Of a stretch of 64,000 bases of DNA, positions 13,201 to 24,424 are shown piece after piece. The position numbers and the translations under genes were made by a program. Numbering within the stretch: position 1 is the stretch's first letter; every line of letters starts with the position of its first letter. Below the pieces are notes generated by a model. That model searched no databases, had not been told where the DNA came from, and was given only the letters and a program-made list of their open reading frames with translations. Source of the stretch: Antedon mediterranea (Eukaryota > Animalia > Echinodermata); NCBI RefSeq assembly GCF_964355755.1, contig NC_092674.1, positions 28,334,001-28,398,000 of the forward strand, in the 5' to 3' direction.

Positions 13201-16200
13201 ATAAACCGTAGGTCCAGTGTACACATCTAGCTCGTGTGCACTTTAAAGAACCTAGTACATCTTTCGAGACGAGTAGGGGGTTACCCCGGTGTATTAGTAC
13301 ATCACAGCCACTGATCACCAACTGGGCCCTCTGGGAGACCAGTCTTTGACTAAAGAGGTTACCAAGTATAAATATATATTTCAATCAATCAATCAATCAA
13401 TCAATCAATGTCTTGCTTTTCAACTCTTCAGGAAAGCGATATAATTCGTAACTGCAGACGAACAAGCACAGTAATGACAAAAGACGTCGTAGAGTTATTC
13501 TGCATCCACAGTGAAGTAAGTACAAACAAAATAATGATTAGGCATTATCTCATTATTAAGCTGTAAAGTACAACAACAAAACACTTTATTCACTACGACA
13601 CCTGAACTCAATCGGCGTATTCAATCGCGTTTACATTAAGTATATTGAGTTACACGGTCAATTACGCATTAAAGTTGGTCACGGCAACGCGTTTCATAAT
13701 CGGAGTGAATGCTAAACACTTTAGTTGTCCTCGTGGGGACACTCGGAACTAATACGACTAATCATTTTTAGTAAACAGACCGATAAGCACATCGATTCGT
13801 TAAACAATCCAAGTAATCTTAACACATTAAAATTAAATGCGTCTCAATTCTAACGCGTGTCCTAGTTCTGGGAACGAGTTACGCGTCTGTAAGTGTGTTT
13901 CAATTACTCTTAACCAATATCCTTTTTAATACTCTATGTGTTTGATTTTGTAGGATTACCCGGAAGTGTTTGACACGAAGCTGAACATCACTTCAGAGGA
14001 TGTTATGAATTATGTCAGGTAGGAGGATAAAAATAGAAACGTAATAAAAAAAAATTAAACGATAAAGAACTTCCCTTTGATTGTTGCGCGCGCGCGTTCA
14101 AAGTTGACAATAATCTTACGGCTTTGTATTTAGTCTGACTGATTTGCCATACACATAATATTATTGGAAATTGTGTAAAGCTCTGTCTACACTATCAAAC
14201 TTTATGTGACAAAAAAATGTGATGTGCCCATATATGGACATGATGGTGTCATAACACTGCCACATTTAGGCATAGCACTACCATTATATGGGCACATCAC
14301 ACTTTTTTTGTCAAACTAGTTTGATAGTGTAGAAGGAGCTCAAGTAAATAAAACATGAATATGATTGCGGTTACATCACAAACTATTCAAAAGAAAATTG
14401 AAAAGAATATTTGACAGGACCACAATGGAAAACAGGTTTTTCTTTTACCTGATGGTGTAATCCTAGATAAAAATGTTGTTAATAATAAAAATCTAATGAT
14501 CACATATAATCTATTCGTCCTGGTGACGTTGTCATATCATAGCTCTCATTGTGTCGCACGAATATCACATGTCCCCCACAATTAGCAAAGTAAATTATAA
14601 TCGTTTTGAACAATATTTTATTTTTTATTTTTAGAAAGATACCAGTTTTCAGTGTATGGCCCGGTATTGATAAACTGATGGATTCGCTGTTAAACTGGGG
14701 GATACAGAATTACAGGTTAGAACAGAAAGAAACATAGAACTATTTTTTTCATATGAGAAAGGCCTAGAACCCATATTGTGTCGTTGGTTGTCGCCGAGAA
14801 CTATACTAAAATCCGACAAAATTGTGTCAAGGAATCGATTGAAGAAGCGCGACACAATGAATTACTAGAACCCATATTGTGTCAATGGTTGTTGCCTGGA
14901 ACTACACTAGAATCCGACAAAATGGTGTCAAGGAATCGATTGAAGAAGCGCGTCACCATGTCGTCGCATGCGCACAATACATTACTTGACGTATATAACC
15001 TTAAGGCATCGGAAATCGAAAGCTGACAATGACATTACAGAAAGTACTATCATTGAAAACATTCGTTTTAAACTTTTATTGGCGTGAATTTAGTTTATCT
15101 CAATTTTAAAGTAACGTTACTTAATACTGAGAGTTCTAAAACCGTTTCACAGTTAACAGAAATATTTAGTACGATAAATGTTGATATAAAGTTTGCGGTT
15201 CACCACGTATATTAGTTCTGAAAAGAACAGTTGAGTTTCTCGACGTTTCGATCAATATGCTTTAATCGTCCTCCTGATTGAAACGTCGAGAAACTCAACA
15301 GTTCTTTTCAGAACTCATACACGTGGTGTACCGCAAACTATGTATCAACATTTGATTTCGCCATGCAAACCTTAAAACAATTTAACACGATAAAGCAAAC
15401 ATCTGTTAACCGTGTCCAGAATTCACTACAGAAAGCACTGTATAAAGGCCAATTTACACACAGCGGTCGAGCGGTAACGGTAAGCGGAAAACCGCATATC
15501 TATCCTGAGTGGAAACCGTCTGTCCGCTCCGCGTTGTGTGTAAATAGTCATAAGGAATAACATAGATTCTATATTTTTAACCGTTACCCTCGTCTGTGTG
15601 AATTGGCCTTAAATATATGGGTTTTCCGACATCCTAGTCTCTAAGGCGTGGTTCTCACTAGAGGACGCAACGCAAGTACGTACGCGCAACGCAAGTGGAC
15701 CAGTGATAAGCTACTGTTCGAATAATCCATCGCTTGTTATTGGTCAAATTACTTACGTTGCGTTACATCCTTGCGTTGCGTCGCTAGTGGGAACCAAGCT
15801 TTAAAGTAGACATAATATCTTGATATAAGAGCATATATTATATAGGCCTAGGCCTTATTATGTAACGTAATGCGAGTGCTAGAAAATTCCAATTTCATTT
15901 CTTTTAAAGGGCAGGGCAACTGATCGTAAAAGACAGTGAAAATAACGACTGGATATACATCATCAAATCGGTAAGAAGCAACGAAATAAAAAAAGAAATT
16001 TCTAGATTATCTAAAAATACAATGTTTATATCCGCAGCCAAATTATTGTCTTATTTTTCTCCTCCGACTTTTAACGTCTAATTTTTACTTCTTTTTTAAC
16101 ATTATTTTTTTTTCTTGTTTTTCATTTTCAATTTACCGTTCTAGTTTTTTCACGCTGCTGCTCTAGCCCGCTACGTCACACGAGATGACTCATTCATTAG

Positions 16201-19200
16201 ATGAAATCAAGCAGCTTTATAGTACTACACTTTGACATTTTTGTTAAAATGGAAACTCCACTAATTTATTGGTACCACCTGTTGAATCCAAAAACGGCTG
16301 AGAAAAGAGTCTAACGACAAATCCCAAAGCATTCTGGTATTTATGAGTCCCATGATATAATTCGCTGTCAGATAATCATTGAATTATTATCAAAACAGTC
16401 CATTGAAGTTTTTGTTTGTAATAGGATACTTGAAGTGACCCCCAGACTTGACCTTAGCAATAACAATAAGCGAGCAGCGTTTTTTGTAAGAAATATTCTT
16501 GTCATATAATAATTTTACGAATACCTATATCTGAAAAAATCAACTGAACAGTATTATTTTCAAACTCAACGGTAAATAATTTATTGTAATCCAATCCAAT
16601 TCCCACAATTTATACACGTTTCGATTCGCAAGAAAACAAACGATAAATAAAATGATCTAGTCCATCAGAAAGAGCCTGAAACCCTGATAGAGATTTACTT
16701 TCCTCATTACGACGGACATTGAAACTTGGTATGATAAAATGATAAACTTATCAAGCTGTCGCAATAATACGTTGAAAGGAACAAATCATGATTAAACATT
16801 CCATTCGCATTATGATCGACAGAATCTATATATAAATTTACGTAAGGGCAAAATTCGGTAAATCGCGCCTTACTTCTAGAATTTTCACTCGATGGTATGT
16901 AAAGTTGGTTCGTACTTTCGGTACTGATTTTAACCGCCTGATGTAACCCTGTTTACTAATTAAATTGAGTTAGATAATTAGTTATTGACGATTAAAACGA
17001 ATTTAGGTTCAACGATTTGCCCCAAATAGGGGTGTTTTCCGATCGTGGTATACACTGTCTAATGGATGTCCATCTTGAAAAATACCCGCCAAAAAAATGC
17101 GAGGAGGCTTCGCATTTTTCTATCTCCTCCTACGATAATTGTTTTTAATAGCTGAAAACCGGTTGAACAGCTAGAGTACACCATCATAATGTTGAAGACA
17201 GGCCGATTTTCTTTAAAAAATACTATTTTGATAGATTTAATATACGATTATACAAATGTATTGATTTGCGATGAATGGAACATCCCAATCTCTCAGTCTG
17301 CCAGAGTTTGGTTTAACACAAGTACTGTAGGTAAATTTATGAGCCCTTGGTTTAACACATACGGTAGGTAAATATATGGGCCCTTTGAGAATAAACTTGC
17401 AATACTTTGACAATACTGTAAATACCTATTAACTATTTTTCATTTGAATCGAACATTTCTTACTGTGAATGTTCGTACTGTTAGATGTAATATAAAAATA
17501 TATACAAATAAACTTTATTACTGAGACTGTGGATAGGCTCTACTGTTAGATATACAAATAAACTTTATACTGACAGTTCCTTCTCAACGTTTGTATTAAT
17601 TAATAATTACCAAAAATATAAACGTCGTAGTGGTGTATCGTGACATGTACTTTAATATTTCAATCGATTATGACAGTGACAGTTTTAACAAAGTATTAAA
17701 TCGCAAATGTTTTAGGCCTACTGTATTTAGAGGTATATTATTTATAGGCCTATAAAACATGAACAAAATATTTCGTTACTCAGTGGATAAAGAATATATT
17801 TAAAAATTATTCCTCTTTGTACCTATCTGCTTTCCCATCCCTCAACCCTAATGTTACATAGCGAGGAGGCTTCGCATTTTCCTATCTCCTCCTACGATAA
17901 TTGTTTTTAATAGCTGAAAACCGGTTGAACAGCTAGAGTACACCATCATAATGTTGAAGACAGGCCGATTTTCTTTAAAAAATACTATTTTGATAGATTG
18001 CTAGAGTACACCATCATAATGTTGAAGACAGGCCAATTTTCTTTAAAAAATACTATTTTGATAGATTTAATATACGATTATACAAATGTATTGATTTGCG
18101 ATGAATGGAACATCCCAATCTCTCAGTCTGCCAGAGTTTGGTTTAACACAAGTACTGTACTGTAGGTAAATTTATGAGCCCTTGGTTTAACACATACGGT
18201 AGGTAAATATATGGGCCCTTTGAGAATAAACTTGCAATAGGTTCGGAAAATGTTAAAAACCAATTTCTATTATTTGAATCGGTAAACAGTTTCCATTTAT
18301 TATACATTGATAATGAAAAATGAAATATTCCTATTTATGTCCCTCGAGGTTCATTACAATTTATATTTAGTAGTCCCACGGACTTCATCTTAGCCACTCC
18401 CCCGAGTGCTAAGGCCAAATTTATGATACCCTACTTTCTATGTAAGTTTATGTGCTTATAAATTAAGACTCATGTAAACAGCTTGATTACATCATTTTAC
18501 AGACAAACGAAACTTTTTTAAACCTACTGTTTCAATAACTGAGTATAAATACTGTATACGTTTTCATAAGTAAGCGCATATACATTTTCGTGCTTTCATT
18601 GACGAGATTGTAATAGTAACTTCAGTAACTATTACAGTACTTATTTATTATACGACACAAGACAATTGTATCTGACATTATTCTAAAAAATAAGTCTAGA
18701 TAGATCCCTTAGGCGTCATAAATCACAGGCCAACAAATCAGTACTCATGACAGAAATTCGACCCAGTTTGGTTCACACAAATGTTTACAGGAATTTCAAC
18801 ACCACAACCGATGATTTGCCCTAAATATTTAGGTAGACTACAGTTTAATTTTTCACTGAATAGGAGCTTGCATTTCCGATTTCCATTTCGCAGAATGTCT
18901 AGGTCTATTTATTTAGTTTGGTTCTTATAATATATAAATACAATCAACTTTATTACTGCGGTTCCATCACCACCACCACGTGCCGCCCAATTCCCGTACA
19001 TACATTTCCATTTCTCCCTAATTTCTTTAATCCACATAAATTAATTGTCCTTTATGAAATCCAGTATTGGTTTTGTTGTCTCTATTTCTGAATACCCCAA
19101 TTAGGGGGACACTTCCGTTTTTGTTTAGTGTCCCAAAAAAGTCCCCGTCCGTGGATTCTACTGTATTCGAGAACCATCTGTGAGCACCCCTAGATGGTAC

Positions 19201-20185
19201 GCGAGCGAAGCGAGCGTGCCATCTAGTATAACAAATGCCTGCTATTCTAGCTCACCTAAAGAAACGCGTATCACTAAGACGATAGTTTTAATAATCCATC
19301 GCTCTTGGTTGGTAAAATCACTTGCGTTGTGCTTACGTCCTTGCGTTGCGTCCTAGTGGGAACCAAGCTTTACGTGTTTACGATATTAGCTTAAAACCAA
19401 TTTCTTTTTGTCAGTGGTCAATTCGCATGCTTAAACATATATGTTACAATATTTAAACTAACGCAAGGGCGTAAGCGCAAAGTGATTTGACCAACCACAA
19501 GCGATGGATTACTGTGGCTTGTCAGTGGTCAATTCGCATGCTTAAACATATATGTTACAATATTTAAATTCTTTGTTTAAACAATAAAAAAGACATAATA
19601 TTAACTTACCTAAAAACTAACGCGAATCGAGCACAAGAAATTGGTTTTAAGCTAATATCGTAAACACGTAAAGCTTGGTTCCCACTAGGACGCAACGCAA
19701 GGACGTAAGCACAACGCAAGTGATTTTACCAACCAAGAGCGATGGATTATTAAAACTATCGTTTGGCATTGATAAATTTGCTTGCGTTGCGTCTACGTCT
19801 TTGCGTTGCATCTCTAGTGAGAACCATGCTTAAACATATTGGAATTTGTTTACTCAACAGGGAAAATGTGACGTATTGAAAAAGCTAACACCGGGAGTGT
19901 GCACTTTAGATGAGAGCAGAAAGTTCTACAAACGATACAAAAAAGCGCAAAGTGCTCTAGCAATGCAAAGGATGCATGAACAACAAAGCAAAATTATGAA
20001 TAAAAAGTCAGAATCTAAAGGTAAAATATTGTATATTTTAATGATCTGATTTACTGTGTACTTGTATATATTATATTGCTGTTATAGAGTCTTTTAAATT
20101 TTTACTTTTCACGTTGTTTGCAGAATTATTCAGCCGTTGGCTGCCTTCTGTTTGTACTATTTATGTGTTTTTTATGAATAAATAC

Positions 20186-20271
<86 letters not shown>

Positions 20272-23200
20272 TTACCAATAGCGTACCGAGCAAAGCTTAC
20301 AATCAATTGAATGGTTAATGTTTGATTTTTGTGTGTGTATTTCTTCTTTATAGTTACCTTCCTAACTCTTCCAAACTCGAGTCCAAAAAGAACACCCAAA
20401 ATAGAGGTGATGAATATGGACGAGGAACCTAAATGTGACCGACATCAATACCAAATAGCAAGCAACAATGCGTATGGTGAGGAATCTGAATCTGACCGAC
20501 ATCAATACCAAATAGCAAGCAACAATGCGTATGGTGAGGAATCTGAATCTGACCGACATCAATACCAAATAGCAAGCAACAATGCGTTACTACTGGATAT
20601 GGTATGCGTCATGTTCAATACATAAACTAGGTATAATACTAGAGGTATAAACTACGTATAACCTACATAAACTAGGTATACATAAACTAGGTATAATAAA
20701 CTAGAGGTATAAACTACGTATAACTTACATAAACTAGGTATACATAAACTAGGTATAATAAACTAGAGGTATAAACTACGTATAACTTACATAAACTAGG
20801 TATAAACTAGAGGTGTAAACTAGGTATAACTTACATAAACTAGGTATACATAAACTAGGTATAATAAACTAGAGGTATAAACTACGTATAACCTACATAA
20901 ACTAGGTATAATAAACTAGGTATAATAAACTAGAGGTATAAACTACGTATAACTTACATAAACTAGGTATACATAAACTAGGTATAATAAACTAGAGGTA
21001 TAAACTACGTATAACTTACATAAACTAGGTATAAACTAGAGGTGTAAACTAGGTATAACTTACATAAACTAGGTATACATAAACTAGGTATAATAAACTA
21101 GAGGTAAAAACTACGTATAACTTACATAAACTAGGTATACATAAACTAGGTATAATAAACTAGAGGTATAAACTACGTATAACTTACATAAACTAGGTAT
21201 ACATAAACTAGGTATACATAAACTAGGTATAATAAACTAGAGGTATAAACTACGTATAACTTACATAAACTAGGTATAAACTAGAGGTGTAAACTAGGTA
21301 TAACTTACATAAACTAGGTATACATAAACTAGGTGTAAACCAAATAAAACTTACATAAACTAGGTATAAACTAGAGGCTATATAAACTAGGTATAGATTA
21401 CATAAACTAGGTATAAACTAGGTATTAACTAGATATTACATAAACTAGAGGTATAAACTACGTATAACTTACATAAACTAGATATATTCAACTAGATATT
21501 ACATAAACTAGAGATATAAACAACGTATAACTTACATAAACTAGATATATTCAACTAGATATTACATAAACTAGGTATAAACTAGGAATAACTTATATAA
21601 ACTAGGTATAAACTAGATGTTACATAAACTAGATATAAACTATATGTTACATAAACTAGGTATATAACGCATTATATTTGGTAGCAATTAAATAATAAAA
21701 TGTTTGTCTGGTTTTGTTTAGACAGAAATATCAGAGAAGGAAGTACTGAAGCAATTCGTTCAAGAAGGTAGTTCCATGACCACACCATATTGCGTCCGTG
21801 TTGCTGAGTTGGAGGCCGGTGACGTGTTCGTAAGTACAGTAGTACTATTAGATAATTCTATTAGATCGCATCCTGTCACCAAGTGCCTTATTTGCATAAA
21901 ATTGGCCTAAATATGTACCAAAGGTAACTAAATTTGAAATTAGACAAGCGACCACGCACATTACATTATCGTAATTTGTAAATCTGCGAAATCTCTACTC
22001 GATGAGCTGTTGTATTATTACGAGTGACGCCTAATTTATGTTTAACTTCTTTTTAATTCAGGGTCTTTTGTCGACAATTCCCGGATGCAAAGGATCCCAA
22101 GTTACCTTGGTGAGTATAAAATACCTTCTTAATTGTCTGGCTATTGTGACGATAGTACTCGTAGAATCCCTCCACTAAGAGGACACTTAACGGAGAAACA
22201 AACGAGAGGAAATATCTTATCTTAACTACCAGCCTCATGGAACTTGGATGCAACGCAAGCGCGCAGCAAGTAGTTTTGACCAATCACGACGCGATGGATT
22301 ACCCGAATGTCGCTTGTGATTGGTCAAGTTACTTAAATTGGAATTAAACTTTAGAGGACATTGTTTTGGGGTCTGGAAGGGCTCTACTAGATACCATTAA
22401 TTCGCCACCATTGATATTGTAGTCCATTTTTTATGTCCACATAGCTAACCACAGTTTAGTCACTACGACGTACGTAAAACATTGTTAGTTTGGTTTCACA
22501 CATAATTATATTTTACATATCGATGTAGGTAAGCCAAGGAGCAGAAGCTATTCGTATCAATAAACAATTTTTCCTGAAATTTGCGGATGAAAGAGTATTC
22601 ACACAGATAGAGATGAGGGTAATTATTATCATTGGATTATTTCATAACAAAGACATAATAGCCGGCTATGTTATCTCAATGAAAATGCATTTGTATTGGC
22701 TGCAATAACGACGTAAGCAATACGCACTGGTTATCGATTGTGTGTATGTCGCGTATTGAGTTGAGAAATTCTCCTCTCTTAGTCACATCAATTCGACATG
22801 AAATCCCACCAAATAATAGGCGGCTTCGAATCTCTTTTGGTGTAAATCTCAACCTGTTATATTCTTACATTACACGACTTATTGCATCAACTAGTAATGC
22901 TCAACTTAAATTACATTTCGATTTTAGAATAATGTTCATTTAATTCCATTATGTTGCATGTTACAATGGCCGACTAATATCCAATTAAACTAACGCAAAT
23001 AAACGACGAGGGCTAGAAACGGGGCTTTTAAAGTAATATCGTAAACAAGTATTTTTTTCTAATAGGCTATTATTAATTCGTTATTGTGTTACAATAGTTA
23101 AATTCTTATTTTAAACAATCAAAAATACATATTATCAAATAGATATGATGATGTCATATCACTACCATATCTGGGCATATCACTACCATATTTGGGCACA

Positions 23201-23827
23201 TCAAACTTTTTGGTCAAACTTTTATAGTGTAGACATAGCTGTATAGATATCATTTTTCCTTTGAAATGACGATTATATTCAATTTTTTTTAAACGGCATT
23301 CGCGACATTATTTCTTAGCCAAGAAAATTGGCAAGGATATTGCGAAATAGTTTATTATTACATCTTCTCGAATGCTTATTATTATTTCTTTAAAATAGAT
23401 TTAGAACGAGGCTTTACCTTAGCCAAGAAAATTGCCTCAGCGGCCTTCATACGAGAAAATTGGCAAGGCATATTGCTAAATCGTTTATTAATACAACTGT
23501 ATTTTCCGAATAATGTTGATTATTTCTTTAAATTATATTTTTAGTTCGAGTCTTACCGTAACCAAGAAAATTGCCTTGGTGGCCTTGATATGACAACATT
23601 GGCAACGAATAAGCTAAATCGTTTATCGTTACATTTTTCTCGAATAATGCTTATTATTATTATTTCTTTAAATTATTTTTTAGTACGAGGCTTATCCTAG
23701 CCAAGATGATTGTCTGAGCGTCCTCGATATGACGAGTAAATGGCAAAAATGCAAACGCAACGAGTTCAACAAAACAGTACATGAAGTGCACACAAAGATA
23801 CAGACACGGAAAGACTCAAGAAGATGA
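7224..23827 (+). CDS. Cyclic nucleotide-binding domain protein, CNBD2-like, paralogue B; two CNB domains, about 608 aa
   Basis: Exons 7224..7291, 8443..8563, 10806..10876, 11272..11455, 11580..11654, 11762..11850, 12106..12179, 12374..12429, 13432..13515, 13954..14018, 14635..14715, 15910..15970, 19861..20020, 20354..20601, 21722..21829, 22062..22109, 22529..22618, 23684..23827 (1827 nt, GT-AG, one open frame, TGA 23825-27). Domain 1: FGRNRVVIKEGYVAEGLYIVLSG...GDKFGESDIIRNCRRTSTV. Domain 2: WIYIIKSGKCDV...GDVFGLL...VTLVSQGAEAIRINKQFF. An alternative in-frame ATG lies at 8480. Confidence 0.88.
7586..7764. mobile_element. MITE family A copy
   Basis: TIRs and interior nearly identical to 1488..1665. 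Confidence 0.85.
7801..8100 (+). mobile_element. tRNA-derived SINE with CORE-like centre and L2-like tail
   Basis: Box A TGGCGCAGTATG, box B GGTTCGAATCC; centre TGTATCCTTAGGCAAGATACTTTAC...GCCTCTCTCCACCCAG...ATGGGTACC; tail GCGCTATATAAGAATAAAC plus TAT repeats. Confidence 0.75.
8657..10731. repeat. 85-bp tandem satellite, about 24 copies, in intron 2 of paralogue B
   Basis: Unit TTGAATAGTGGTCGGTCGTAGTGTTAAAACATWATATTTTCCCTCATTGTTTCATAGAAAAGTGTCCCCTTAATAKARGTGTAYC; period 85 (e.g. 9001, 9086; 9511, 9681, 9851). Confidence 0.97.
13078..13408 (+). mobile_element. tRNA-derived SINE with Deu/Nin-type central domain
   Basis: Box A TGGCCGAGCGG, box B GTTCGAGGC; TCGGATAAGGACTATAAACCGTAGGTCC...TTAAAGAACC...GAGTAGGGGG; (ATCA)n tail. 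Other copies at 45097..45387 (-), about 46350..46500 and about 58700..58930. Confidence 0.8.
14179..14340. mobile_element. PIF/Harbinger-type MITE family C (TIR AGCTCTGTCTACACTATCAAACT)
   Basis: Inverted termini, TWA flanks, internal CACTACCATATTT repeats. Copies at about 12799, 23140, 28103, 31851, 33190, 36229, 36692, 39191, 43211, 43380, 44984, 45475, 47451, 50052, 50413 and 62507. Confidence 0.85.
14764..14960. repeat. Two-copy tandem duplication, about 101 bp
   Basis: CTAGAACCCATATTGTGTC...AGGAATCGATTGAAGAAGCGCG at 14764 and 14865. Confidence 0.85.
15175..15390. mobile_element. Fold-back inverted repeat, possibly a Penelope-like element terminus
   Basis: About 80-bp arms (15175..15254 / 15276..15353) centred on GACGTTTCG...GAAACGTC. 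Confidence 0.5.
15446..15609. mobile_element. PIF/Harbinger-type MITE family B (TIR AGGCCAATTTACACAGACGAGCGG)
   Basis: TAA|AGGCCAATTTACAC ... GTGTGAATTGGCCT|TAA; other copies 1..40 (partial), 24226..24333, 44485..44657. Confidence 0.8.
17099..18239. repeat. Dispersed direct duplication of about 305 bp (17099..17404 and 17861..18239), second copy with an internal 68-bp duplication
   Basis: Near-identical GCGAGGAGGCTTCGCATTTT...GAGAATAAACTTGCAATA blocks. Confidence 0.9.
19170..19227 (+). mobile_element. Helitron/Helentron-type 3' end fragment
   Basis: Hairpin CTAGATGGTACGCGAGCGAAGCGAGCGTGCCATCTAG ending CTAG-T; no 5' end identified. Confidence 0.45.
20189..20271. repeat. (TA)n microsatellite
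   Basis: Direct reading. Confidence 0.98.
20620..21662. repeat. Complex minisatellite built on ATAAACTAGGT / ATAAACTACGT modules
   Basis: Fills nearly the whole intron 20602..21721. Confidence 0.95.
23315..23746 (+). repeat. Degenerate tandem repeat of about 140 bp, each unit carrying the last splice acceptor and exon start of paralogue B
   Basis: TTATTTCTTTAAA...TTTAG|NNCGAG(G/T)CTT..AGCCAAGA at acceptors 23404, 23544 and 23683. Confidence 0.85.
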
Positions 23828-23833
23828 AATAAA
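23828..23833 (+). promoter_or_regulatory. Candidate polyadenylation signal of paralogue B
   Basis: AATAAA immediately after the stop codon; other AATAAA hexamers follow (e.g. 23910). Confidence 0.3.
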
Positions 23834-24348
23834 ACATCATAATTTGATTTTTTTTATATTGATTAAATAGTAATGAGGTAATACAGTAATTAATACATAA
23901 TACTGTATGAATAAATTAAGTTAACTGCGCGCGCACGTCACCGATGAAATACGAGGGCGTGGTCCAATATCCAATAATAATTGAATTCGATCTGACGTTT
24001 CTCCAGCGCGCGTTAACTATGCACGCACGAGTACGATATGTAAGCCACCAACATACTTATATATATAAAATGGTGGAAAAACTTTATCATTTAATTCTAC
24101 AAAATCTTAACATAAAAAAATATACCGGACCAGAGAACATCTTAATTCGGACAATGGACGATAGGCTTATAATGTGCAGCAATAGAGTGGTACTGTATTG
24201 TGTAACATTTACCTACTGTACCTTAAGGCCAATTTACACAGACGAGCGGTGGAAAACCGCGTATCTGTATCTATCCTGAGCGGAAACCTATATTTTTGTA
24301 TTACCGTTACCGCTCGTCTGTGTAAATTGGCCTTAAAACTAGCAAAGT

Positions 24349-24424
24349 ACGGGGGTACTAAGTCCGAAGTGGGGGTACTAGGTCCGAAGTGGGGGTACTA
24401 GGTCCGAAGTGGGGGTACTAGGTC
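24349..24424. repeat. 20-bp minisatellite GGGGGTACTAGGTCCGAAGT, about 3.7 copies
   Basis: Direct reading. Confidence 0.9.

Noticed and set aside
13199-13384. Similar short ORFs at 13199 (-) and 45080 (+)
   Set aside because: Antisense translations of two copies of the same SINE.
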